Shown here in pieces: positions 52,515 to 64,000 of a stretch of 64,000 nt of DNA. Numbering within the stretch: position 1 is the first letter of the stretch; each line of letters starts with the position of its first letter. Source of the stretch: Podarcis filfolensis (taxonomy: Eukaryota); NCBI GenBank assembly GCA_964270895.1, contig OZ185440.1. One strand, written 5' to 3'. The position numbers and the translations under genes are program-made. The notes below the pieces were generated by a model. That model was not told the origin of the DNA, ran no database searches, and saw only the letters and a list, made by a program, of their open reading frames with translations.

Positions 52515-54086
52515 GTGGTGTCTACATTAGAGCTTTCTTCTTGCCTTGGCTAATATTACCTTATAGAACATCTTATCCTCCCAAGTTTACACTGTGGTCT
52601 CCTTGACCTGCCTTTATCTATTTTGAAGAGTTCCATGTCCTCATTCCCCACCCCCACCACCGCCACACTGCATGAAAAACCACCCACTTGCCACCACTGT
52701 TTGTCCTCGCTTTGTGTTTCAGTTGTTTCTGGGTTTGTGAAATGATGATGCTATATAATTTAATTTCCTTCCCCCTTTCTTTATAATCTACCTCTACAAA
52801 AGTTCTCAATGTTAGGTGACACATATTCCTAATGGAAACATGTACAAAGTATCCCCTCCCCCAAATATAAGTTGTTGTTGTTGTTGTTTTGGTAACATGC
52901 CACATTTCCTTTTTACCATTTTCATAATGCATTTTTCTTCCTCATCCATCCCTCCTCCTTTTGTCATGTGAATAGGTCACTGCAATTAAAACCGCATTGT
53001 TGTATATGTTAGATCTTAATCTCAGCTAATAACATTTGGATACTGTGGGGTGTGTCATAAGAGATACCTTTGTTGCAAAGTATGAAATATTTGGAGTCTT
53101 GACACTATAACCTTAGCTGCTTGCTTCTTAACACTGCATGATTATTGATTTATTGGCTATTTGTACCAACAAATGAATGGGTTGAAGTCAGTTGAACATA
53201 CCTCTCAGCTTTATCTACAAAAGCAAAACAACATTTTTCCAAACCCAAACAAATCTGATAGAAATGAACATTGTTCTAGTCAAAAAGCCGTCAAAATTAA
53301 AACCAGATTTAAGAATCAAAAAAGTCACGTTTAGTGCAATAACCATTGGTATTGGATTATACTTTGGAGGTAAGAACCCTGCATTTGTTTAAGCTGGAAG
53401 GAATGGCGCTGATATCTTAAAGTATACTGTTTTCTTAATATACACGTCAACAGACTATAATGCTGCTACACACCAGTTTCATGCTTTGCAACAATACATA
53501 TCTTTATGCAAAAACTTTGCACTTGATTTTAAAGAAGCCTGAGCCCTAAACCCTGCAGATGTTTTGCTAAACAAATTGCATTTGAGACTTTGTAAGCCAT
53601 GGCTTATGAAGTCAGGGTCAAGCTCCCCTTCTCTCCCCTCTTCTCCTCATGCTGCACGACAGCTTTGGTGTAAAGATCCTGGTTTTTGCATCAAAACCAA
53701 GGAACTCTTGTCTTAATGTCGGTTAACGAACAAGGAAAATAAGCGGGGATTAGATCACATCCTGACTTAGTTCCTGATTTGTTAATGAACATTAAGTCAG
53801 AATTCCACAATGTAGATGTTCATTCAATGGTTTCAATGCCCAAATTGGATGGAGGTGGAAAGGGAGGATGCTTGGCCCCTGCATTCATTCCCAGCTTCAT
53901 AAATCTTGTCTTATGATTCCTCAAATGATTGTCCGGACTGGGCCTTTATTTGACGAGATGCACAAAAGAATTTGATACCTGGATGTTTCTGTTTACTTTG
54001 TTGATGTGCGTAGCCCCCAGACTGCAAATGTCACCCGCAACCAACTTTAATGTGCTGTCATCATTCATTCATTTCCCACTCTGTAG

Positions 54087-54176
54087 GCTACAGACCGAAG
54101 TTGTAATCGTATGTCTTCGCACACAGAGACGTCAAGTTTCTTACAAACATTAACAGGACGGTTGCCAACTAAAAAG
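54087..54176 (+). CDS. DOCK7: DOCK7 exon 24
   Basis: [30 protein letters not shown]; 90 nt. Confidence 0.96.
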
Positions 54177-54890
54177 GTAGATTTTAGTGAAGACAATTTA
54201 AACATTGTATGGAAGGCAGGGAAGTGTTAAGTCATTATAAACCATTAAAGCCATCACACTTTAGTGGGTTCCCCGCCTTTGTGTCTTGATTTTGAGAGGG
54301 CTGAGTCAGCTTAGAGCCAAGGTTGCTCAGCTAAAAACCAGGGCTTCAGGCTGTCATAAAATGTTTCAGAAGATTCACTTAGGGTTTCAAAAGAGTTCCC
54401 CTCTCCAATTTTAAACAATTCTCTCAAGAATAGTACAAAGATTTAAGCAGATGCGCAAGAAATGTGGGCTCTGCAGAGGCTCCCACTGGCCATTTTCTGT
54501 CTTGGTTTTTCACAAATTTTGGAGTGAAATATGAGAACTGGAAAAAACTCCTGCCATCTTTTCCATCATCCTTCCCATTCATTCTTTACTTCTTCTAAGT
54601 GAGGGGAAGAGATAATAGCACTGCTAAACTTTTATCCTGCTAGGAACCTCCACAAGCAGGTCTTTTCCACCTACTGCAATGGAAGGTAGGGGAGGAACAA
54701 ACAGGAGCTCCTTCCTGTCAAGTACCTTCCAGGGATGAACTGTTTCCCTCCTCTGCCTCCTATCTTCTTCCAGGAGGCTGTTTGTGCTTCAGAACTCTAT
54801 CTTACATTTAGCTTCAGCCAAAGCATAAATTGTATTTTTAACACCTCTTAGGGAAGTGTTTGTTCTAATGTTGCAGGGGCCTCATGGTTC

Positions 54891-55015
54891 CATAGAATAA
54901 CAGAATTGTAGAATTTTAAGGGGACCCTGAGGGTCATAGTCCAACTCCCTGCAATGCAGGAATCTCAGCTAAATCATACATGTCAAATGGCCAGCCAACC
55001 GCTGCTTAAAGACCT
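54891..55015 (-). mobile_element. CR1-type LINE 3' end
   Basis: catagaataacagaattgtagaattttaaggggaccctgagggtcatagtccaactccctgc = reverse complement of a CR1 3' terminus. Confidence 0.6.
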
Positions 55016-56064
55016 TTGCTGTTTTGTCTTATGCCCCTCTGGTAAGATCAAAATGAGAGAGAGGAGCATGTTGTCAGAAGCAACTGTGATAACATGATTA
55101 TGTTCACTCCAGTAGTGTCCCTCTCACCTCCCCAGGCTTAGGAACGAACTACTTCCTTATGAAAGCCTGATTTTTAAAAATGAAACAAAACAACAAAACA
55201 TCCCTACATAATTAGCTGTCAATTATGCCCCTTTGTGGTGCCAAGATAAGAAAAACAAGAGGGAAGGCAACAATGCACGAACCAGAAGAGAGAAGCTCAT
55301 GATGATTTATTCAGCCTAATGCCTTATGTTTATAATCTTTGCCAGAATCACAGAGCAAATTATAATTTGCTTTGATAAAGTATCATCCTGTGTACCTTAG
55401 AGGTTCTCCTTTTCTTGATTCTGTTAAGAAAAGGCTAGGCAAAATGTTTAAAACTAAAGCAAGCATTTTGAGGGAAAGAGAGTGATTTAAAAAAAAAAAA
55501 ATCCCCACTGATAATAAAATTCTGGACCAAGGTGATGTGAAATATTTCTCACACACAGTACACACTGTGGTCTGATGTTGTTCCCCAAGTATTTCATCAA
55601 AGCACATTTACCATTGCTGTTCCCTTCACACTCATTGTTTTGCTTACTCTCATCCTTCACTGTGACTGTGTTCGGACATAAATGCTTAACCATGATTTAG
55701 CTTTATGAGAATGAGCTTGGCCTCCCCCTGGACTCACCACTTCTCCACTATGCCTGTGAAGAGGAGGCTAGAAGCTTCCACTTTTCAGATTAAGTACAGT
55801 TTAATACGCCATTCAAACCTTAAACTGGTTAATCTTAACTATGGTTAGGGAAAAGAAGCCAACTTCATATTTGTTTCTATCAACCATAGTTAAGACTTAA
55901 CCACAGTTCATCCATGTTTGAATGACTCAACAATCTTTGCTTAATTATAATAATAAAAAAAACAGAATCAAAAGCTTCCAGATTCCTCTAGATATCTGCA
56001 TTGGGGAAGGAGAGAGGGATCATATGAGCTAAGGGAAGCTGGACTTGTTCTCTTAAGTCTAATA

Positions 56065-56328
56065 CAGTGGTGCCTCGCAAGACGAAATTAATTCGTTCCG
56101 CGAGTCTTTTCGTCTTGCGTGGTTTTTCGTCTTGCGAAGCACGGTCCGTCGCAACTGCACCTCTTCAAGCGGCTTTAAGAAAAAAGGAAACAAACTCGCA
56201 AGACATTTTCGTCTTGCGAAGCAAGCCCATAGGGAAAATCGTCTTGCGAAGCAACTCAAAAAACGAAAAACCCTTTCGTCTTGCGAGGCATTCGTCTTGC
56301 GAGGCATTCGTCTTGCGAGGTACCACTG
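56065..56328. mobile_element. Tc1/mariner-type MITE, family C, young and CpG-rich
   Basis: TA TSD; CAGTGGTGCCTCGCAAGACGAA / TTCGTCTTGCGAGGTACCACTG; seven internal (T/A)TCGTCTTGCG repeats. Confidence 0.85.
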
Positions 56329-56455
56329 TAATGCTTTAGTATTATGTCCACACCAACCCTGTGTGTCCATTGTTACTGTTGTGTTTTTTTTAATGGATTG
56401 TGTGTTTGAAAATTATCATGCAACTGATACTGAATGTGAATTTGAATCTGGCTAG

Positions 56456-56551
56456 CTTTTTCATGAAGAACTGGCCTTACAGTGGGTTGTCTGCAGTGGG
56501 AGTGTACGGGAGGCAGCTCTCCAGCAAGCGTGGTTCTTCTTCGAGCTTATG
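56456..56551 (+). CDS. DOCK7: DOCK7 exon 25
   Basis: [32 protein letters not shown]; 96 nt. Confidence 0.96.
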
Positions 56552-57240
56552 GTAAGAGAACAAGGAAATCTGCTTCATTTTCTCTCTCTTCTGTTTCACC
56601 TTAATTCCACTGATTTCCCAGGTGCTTGTGCTAGTGCAACGCTTGAAATGCCCTTGAATAATTCCACTAGGTAGTGTGAATTAGAGATGAGACAGGACCT
56701 TGGAGGGGAGGGTGGCAGACGGCTTCTCAAAAACAGTTTTGCAGAGTCCCCTCAGTGATGAGAAGGGGCTCCGAAGAGTGTAGAGAAATGTTTGTGGGGG
56801 CATCCCCATTGCGAAGGCAGCTGTGAGAATGCTCCATGACTTGGCCTTCTGCGCTGCAGCCATTTCGTTCAAGGTGCTGGTGGTCAGCATGGTTGGGTGC
56901 TGCCAAGGACTACATTCCAGGAGGGGGCCTATCGCCCAGCCCCTGTTATTTACTATCCGCTTATGTTCACTTGTTTCCCCCTGAGTGGGCAGTGCCATGA
57001 GCCTTCATCTTCCTTCTGGCCAGTGGTTCAGATTGGGCCCAGAGTGAGAGGAGGAGTGAATGGGGAGCAGTGATGGTGGTGGTGAGAAGAAAGACCACTC
57101 AGGAAGGAGATACCACTGAAAACCTCTTATTCAAGGGCCCTGCAAAATTTGGATCCAGCACCAGTTTCATTGCTCACTCTTGCATTGTGGCAAGGCAGGG
57201 AACAGATCTTCTGGTTGGCTCTGTGGGGCTTTGACTTCGC

Positions 57241-57430
57241 CATGTAGGAAGCTTGTCTTATACTGAGTCAGACCTTTGGTCTACCTAGCTCAGTGTTGCA
57301 TACACTGACTGGCAGCAGTTCTCCAGGATTCCAGACTGGGTACATACCAAGCCCTACCTGGGGATACTGGGGATTGAACTTGGGACCTTCTGCATGCAAA
57401 TCAGATGCTGTACCATTGAGCTATGGCCCT
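57241..57430 (-). mobile_element. Squam2-like SINE
   Basis: taggaagcttgtcttatactgagtcagacc...ggggattgaacttgggaccttctgcatgcaaa...cattgagctatggccc. Confidence 0.7.
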
Positions 57431-57510
57431 ACTTACTGTGTAATTTTAAGAAGAAATAAAAAGGGAAAGCATAGCTCAGAAGCAGCAGCAGCAGCTTGGG
57501 CTGGGAGCAG

Positions 57511-57511
<1 letters not shown>

Positions 57512-57551
<40 letters not shown>
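57512..57551 (+). repeat. (CA)20 microsatellite, preceded by (AGC)5 at 57481-57495
   Basis: Read directly. Confidence 0.95.
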
Positions 57552-57555
<4 letters not shown>

Positions 57556-57787
57556 AAATTTGAAAGGAGAGGACAGATGTATTTTGCCCCACTTGAAACA
57601 CCAAGAAATGTTTAGAGGTGAAAATTCTGCCCCTCACTAAACAGGATGGATCTGTAGCTATTGTTGTGACTGGTTTGTGTTAAAGAAAGGCATCAAATCA
57701 CAGTGCTATCTATCCATGGCTGATTTTTTTTCTCCCTACTCTCTCCCCTTGCAACTGACTGCAACTTATAATATATGTTCCCTCCAG

Positions 57788-57928
57788 GTAAAAAGTATGG
57801 TGCATCATTTGTATTTTGCTGACAAACTCGATGCTCCAAGGAAGAATCGTTTTCCGGAGCGCTTCATGGATGACATAGCTGCTCTGGTCAGCACAATTGC
57901 CAGTGATATAGTCTCCCGGTTTCAGAAG
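57788..57928 (+). CDS. DOCK7: DOCK7 exon 26
   Basis: [47 protein letters not shown]; 141 nt. Confidence 0.96.
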
Positions 57929-58096
57929 GTAATGGAAGAAGTTCAGCCGTGCTCTTGTCAAAATTTTAACCGCTGATACTGAACGATAACTTCCAGATGA
58001 TGCAAGACAGATTCTTGGATGAGGGCCTTAGCATGAAGCCTCAGTGTTTATCTCTGTTCCTTTCCTTTCATTCCCTTCTGCCCCACCCCAATGTAG

Positions 58097-58210
58097 GATG
58101 CTGAAATGATTGAAAGGCTCAACACTAGCTTAGCCTTCTTCCTAAACGATCTACTCACTGTTATGGACAGAGGATTTGTCTTCAGCCTTACTAAGGTGTA
58201 CTACAAACAG
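58097..58210 (+). CDS. DOCK7: DOCK7 exon 27
   Basis: [38 protein letters not shown]; 114 nt. Confidence 0.96.
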
Positions 58211-58440
58211 GTAAAGTCTCTGGATAAAAAGAGGTGGGGATGGGTTGGCGTGAGGTGAAAGCAGAGAATCTTTGGAAACTGCAGCAGGGAAGGGGAAAGG
58301 AGGAGAGTAGGAGCAGAAGGAAAGTTCATCTGTGAAGCAGAATTCGTAAGTGCATACTGGTGGAGTGACAGGAGCTTCACTTTCAGTTGTCAATTTGAGG
58401 CTGGTTCCATGGCAGTTTCAGGGGAAGCCAGGGCACTGAG

Positions 58441-58790
58441 CCAGTTTGACATCTGATGAGAGGGCATTCCACAGAGTGGGTGGTGCAACTACCAAAATAC
58501 CTTCTGTCTGGTTCCCTGTAGTTTCACTTCTCTCAGTGAAGGAACCACCAAAAGGCCCTTGGAGCTGGACCTCAGTGTCCGGGCTGAACAATGCGGGTGG
58601 AGAGCCTCCTTCAGCTATACTCCGCCAAGGCCGTTTAGGGCTTTAGGGCTTTAAAAGTCAGCACCAACACTTTGAATTGTGCTCAGAAACATACTGGGAG
58701 CCACTGTAGGTCTTTTAGGACATGTTATGTGGTCCTGGCGGCTGCTGTCAAGTCAGTCTAGCAGCCACATGCAGGATTAATTGTAGCTTT
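58441..58790 (-). mobile_element. L2 LINE ORF2 C-terminal remnant
   Basis: Minus strand encodes FKVLVLTFKAL...RTLRSSSKGLLVVP-like segments with frameshifts. Confidence 0.7.
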
Positions 58791-58834
58791 AATTTTTTTT
58801 CGGCAGTGGCTTCTTGTGGCCTGTAACTCTTTAA

Positions 58835-59107
<273 letters not shown>

Positions 59108-59210
59108 TGAGGTACCTTTTCCAAGTACTGTTCTTCTTTGAATGTAGGTTATCCTTTGGTGCTCATTTGTATAATCAGCATGCAGACTCGCTGAGGAAAG
59201 TGCTTTAAAT

Positions 59211-59346
59211 CAGGCTTTCTCAAACTCGGCCCTCTAGATGTTTTGAGACTACGATTCCCATCATCCCTGACCACTGGTCCTGCTAGCTAGGGATCATGGG
59301 AGTTGTACGCCAAAAACATCTGGAGGGCCGAGTTTGAGGTAGCCTG
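59211..59346. mobile_element. hAT-type palindromic MITE
   Basis: caggct..tcaaactcggccctc...gagggccgagtttga..agcctg; imperfect 8-bp TSD. Confidence 0.75.
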
Positions 59347-60182
59347 CTTTGAAATATATGGGTGCTGGACAACCAGGAGAACAGAGAATCTCCTAGGGAA
59401 AGGCAAGCACCATTTTGAACATAGCACCTCTATCTTTACTGGATAAAGCCAGCCAGGTTGACTGGCAGAGGACTAGATGGTACAGCACTCACCAAGCATC
59501 CTAAGGTCAGTGTCCACCACGATAATTAAGAGCCTTTTCAGAAAACTTTTTTCAACCTTTTTCCACTTGTGGTTGTCGTGTCCTGTTGAGATCAACTATT
59601 GGTTAAGAATAAGAAGACAGATTTACTCTTATTATAAGCCTTGCACTTAAAAACAATTATTGTTTGTTTGTTTTTTGCACAAAATGGAGGGAATTTGTCT
59701 CATGTGGTTGTTACAGCATAAATGCTCTATGCAAAATGCTGTAGAGCTTAGATAAATCCAATTTTTGAAAGAATGTGAACCGCATGCAATTCATGACCAA
59801 GCTTACCTGTTGCATACAAATTAAATAAGGTGAACGGAAAGCAAATCTATATTGCACATTTTAATATTGCACATTATTGGAACAGTAAAACGTAACTTAC
59901 AGCAGGTATACTATATGTACTGAAGATAATTTAAGCTGTGCGTAACTGTATACTGCTTGTATATTTCATGCTCCTTGACTTTGTATTTAAGTTGTTAGGA
60001 GGAGGAGGATGGAAAAACTTTATCCTAGGGATGTGATTCTATATTCAGAGGTGTAGCTCATGAATTGGGAAAATTCTGGCTTCACTTACTGGAAATACAG
60101 AAAAATAGAGAGCAGTGTTTGTGAGAGCTTAGCAGAGTGTATGTGGAGTCTTTCGCAGTTCTGTAAATAAAAGTCTTAGATA

Positions 60183-60568
60183 CCGTATTTTTCGCCCTAT
60201 AGGATGCACCGGCCAATAGGACGCACCTAGTTTTTTGGGGGGGAAATAAAGGGAAAATTTTTTATCTCCCCTCCGCCCCTCAGCCATAGATGTCTGCCCG
60301 AAGCACGGGGCGCTCTGCTTCAGTGCGCCCCGCGCTCCGTGCAGCAGGCTGCTATCCGCAGCCTAGGGAGCCCTGCGGGAACTCCCACGGGCTCCCCAGG
60401 CTTGCTGATAGCTTCCTGAAGCCTGGAGAGCGAGAGGGGTCAGTGCGCACCGACCCCTCTCGCTCTCCAGGCTTCAGCGAAAGCCTGCATTCGCCCCATA
60501 GGACGCACACAGATTTCCCCTTCATTTTTGGAGGGGAAAAATTGCGTCCTATAGGGCGAAAAATACAG
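60183..60568. mobile_element. Tc2/pogo-like non-autonomous DNA transposon
   Basis: TA TSD; TIRs CCGTATTTTTCGCCCTATAGGA / TCCTATAGGGCGAAAAATACAG; GC/CpG-rich interior with a long palindrome. Confidence 0.8.
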
Positions 60569-60733
60569 TATGTTATACAAGACACTTGTTTACGGTTGCT
60601 CCAGCCACATTTATAGGATTACCAAATGGTCTGTTTGTAAAATGTAACCTGTCCGGAGGACAATGCAGTCAACACGTCGCAGTCTGAAATACATACATTA
60701 AAACTTAACAAAGGTTGGTGTTTGTTTCCATAA

Positions 60734-60877
<144 letters not shown>

Positions 60878-62309
60878 TGAATTTTACAATTCTTTTGGGC
60901 GGGATGGAATAATTCAAAGGAGATCTAATGTTTCACAAGCAGAATTCTGCCTTAGGCAGGGCTGCATTCAAATGTGATATTAGAGGGAAAAGAAAGGAAA
61001 CAGGTTCTTCCTCAAGTTCCAGCTGCTCTCCAGATCAGCACCTCTGCTTTGATTGCTATCCGAAGATCTTTCCTACCAGAGCAGCCTTTTTATATCAATA
61101 TTATGAGGCAGCCATGTATATACAGGGTGAGAGCGTGGGCTTCTCCATAAACATAGTCACTTTCATGGTGTTCCATCTACCACAAGATTGAATTCAGTGC
61201 TAGTTCTACTGCGCATAGACCCATTGAAGCTGGTGGACATGGCTAATTTAGGTTTATTAATTTCAGCAAGTTACAACCCATAGAGTCAATGAGAACCCTA
61301 TTGATGCATGGAGCTCTGGATCACAGCCAAAGCGTAGTTGTATTAAGATTTGATTGCCATAGACCTGGACACTAATTTCCACTTTGAAACTAATTGTGTT
61401 CATGCAGGTTATTAAAAATCCAACCATTTCCGTTAACCCCAGCTACACAGGGGTGTGTGGTCCCTGCCCTCAAATCTGCAGGCAGATTTGCAACTCTGTA
61501 ATTGGCTTACATTTATGTCATAGATAACCCCATCTGGCAAATAGGAGGTCTGTGTTTTTAACGTGGTTTCCGATTCCCCAGGCAGCCTGTTGTAGTGCCT
61601 TGTAAATAAAAGCACCTCTTTGCATGTGTGTAGTCTCCAGCACATGGACATTTAGGTTGCAAGCCACACTTCTGGATCATCACAAGTTGTGGTGGCCACC
61701 AGGGACTCTGGATGCAGCAACTAAGGCAAAGATGCAGAAGTCTGATAAGAAATTTACAAAATGGAGCAAAGAGGCAGGAAGTGTTAAGGGAGCCATAGCA
61801 ACCAAGTATATAGCCGGCAGGAGAAAAAGGAACAGTAGGGGCATCTATAAGCAGCCCCTGCTCCCATTGACTGGGCTTTGGGGGAACCACCATCGGTCAT
61901 CCTTCTGCTTATTGACCCATTACTTTCACTATGCCGGTTGACTGAAAAGCATTTGCTCCATTGATCTGTGTGGAGACAGGTGAGAAGCATCTGTAAAACT
62001 GGTTCACACCTTTAGCTGCTGCAAAGGTGGTGGGAGCTAAATACATGTTTGAGGGCCAATTGGCTAATGTTAAAGGGTTTGCATATCAACAAATCCTGTT
62101 TCAGTGGTTAAACCAGGGGCCGTGAAATTGCCATCTCCATGACCATGATTCATTTACCACTTTACTGCAGGTGACAAAACGCTGACATCTTTTAATACAG
62201 GTGTGCAACTGTAAGACACACTGCACGCACAGACAAATGCAGTATCAGTAAGCGTGTTGGTGTAGGTGTGTGTTTACCAAGTCTTATCTGCTCTAAAACT
62301 ATTAACTAA

Positions 62310-62558
<249 letters not shown>

Positions 62559-63744
62559 TAACTGCCAGACATGTTGTGCTGCTGCCTGAGTGCTGTCTTT
62601 CACTTGAACAAGTAACTTAAAACAAACAAACAAACAAACCAAGGGATTCCTAAGTGACATCCAGGAAATGAGTCCTTAAATCTTCAGGAGTTTTCATCAG
62701 CGATCAAATTTTGCACGTAGTCCCAAAGCTAAACAGAGCAGGATGTGTGCCAATGTCTTCTCCACTGACTTGTTGCTATCTCATGTTGAGTTCTTATTTA
62801 TTTTATTTAAAAGGTTTCTAACACATATACCCTTTTTCATCAAAATGTAATGTCAAGTTGGAATACAGTCACATCAATAATAAAGCACAACAAAAATAAA
62901 ACCCACAGCAATTGAGCTTTAATGGCAGATGCAGTCAGATCTGGGCCAATTAATCAGATCCCCTCCAAGCCTTGCTGAAAAAGATATTTAGTGGATAGTG
63001 GGCCTCACACAAGATGGTAATTGATTGGGCTCACTGACTGAAATGTTGGGTTTGTCTGTACACCAGTATTTTAACAGGCTGAGAGTACAAGATACAGTTC
63101 TGCTGTTTAAGCTAAGCACATCTAACCTTATAAATTGTCTGTTTGGAATCAGTGTTGGTCCCAGATTTTGAAAGGCCCTTGAGCAAGAAGTCCACTTTCC
63201 TGCCACTGTGTCCATTCCCTGTCCATTTACCTTAGATCTCTGGGCCCAGTTTGTACCATAGCCCAGGAGTATACTTTTCCTTCTCCTTGTTCTTGTTACT
63301 GTTGGCATGCCTGAGGAGGCCAGGGGAACAGGCAACAGCAACGAGGAAGAGGAGGAGAACTGGGGATCTCTAGGGGTCACAGTGGGGCACCAGCTAGAAT
63401 GTGAGCCTTGGCAGCTGCCTGACGATACCAACTACTGACAACAAACCTACAGTGCTGGACTGCATAGAATGAGGCAGGTTCATATGTTTCTACTGGCAAA
63501 CTGTTTGCAGGGTTGGTATCGTGAACCCAGGGAAAGAGGCAATGCTACACTTACATCCAGATAATTTATGAGTGTACCTTGAACATAGCTTTACTTGCTC
63601 GCTTGCAGTACAGTGTAAAAGGCGTTATTACTCCTTAGCCTGCAAGTTAAACAATACTTAAGGGACAAATTGGGGAGGGTGGTAGCGGAGTGGGATAGCC
63701 TTGTTGCAGTGGGGCTTCATTGGGACTGGCTTGTTTCTCTACAG

Positions 63745-63899
63745 AAAACCACAACCAGCGCGGACGGCCAAGCTGCACAGCAGTGGAGGACTATGAGAGC
63801 GAGGGTGGAAGCATGATAAGCCAGACGGTTGCCATGGCTATTGCAGGAACCTCCGTCCCGCAACTCACCCGTCCCAGCAGTTTTCTCCTAACATCATCG
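63745..63899 (+). CDS. DOCK7: DOCK7 exon 31
   Basis: [51 protein letters not shown]; 155 nt. Confidence 0.95.
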
Positions 63900-64000
63900 G
63901 TACAGAGAAGTGTTTTTCCTCTAGAACGCCTGTGAACAGACAAATGTACATGTCCCGTGTTTGCAAGGCAGCAAGAGTGGGTGGCAGTTCTGATCACGGA

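Overview
This is vertebrate genomic DNA from a squamate reptile, probably a lacertid lizard, judged from Sauria SINEs and squamate MITE/SINE families. The whole window lies inside DOCK7 (+ strand). I mapped 29 consecutive coding exons (3-31 by human numbering), all GT-AG and frame-consistent, totalling 3792 nt (1264 codons). They cover the N-terminal region, the DHR-1/C2 domain and part of the ARM region. Exons 1-2 and the DHR-2 exons are outside the window. A complete 7-exon ANGPTL3 gene (1380 nt CDS, 459 aa) is nested on the - strand in DOCK7 intron 14, the known vertebrate arrangement. The introns carry Sauria SINEs, other tRNA-derived SINEs, L2/CR1 remnants, Tc1/mariner-type and hAT-type MITEs, and microsatellites. 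I found no evidence for a new multi-gene system. The strongest leads are (1) a lizard ANGPTL3 that differs from the mammalian protein at several functionally defined sites (His55-equivalent to Arg, altered heparin-binding motif, no furin RxxR site with N-glycan sequons in the linker instead), (2) a tRNA-Lys/CR1-tail mini-SINE, (3) a candidate cryptic exon next to a tandem array of splice donors, and (4) a 5'-to-3' GC3 gradient in DOCK7. Homology calls and human residue comparisons come from recall of the known proteins and repeat families, not from a database search.
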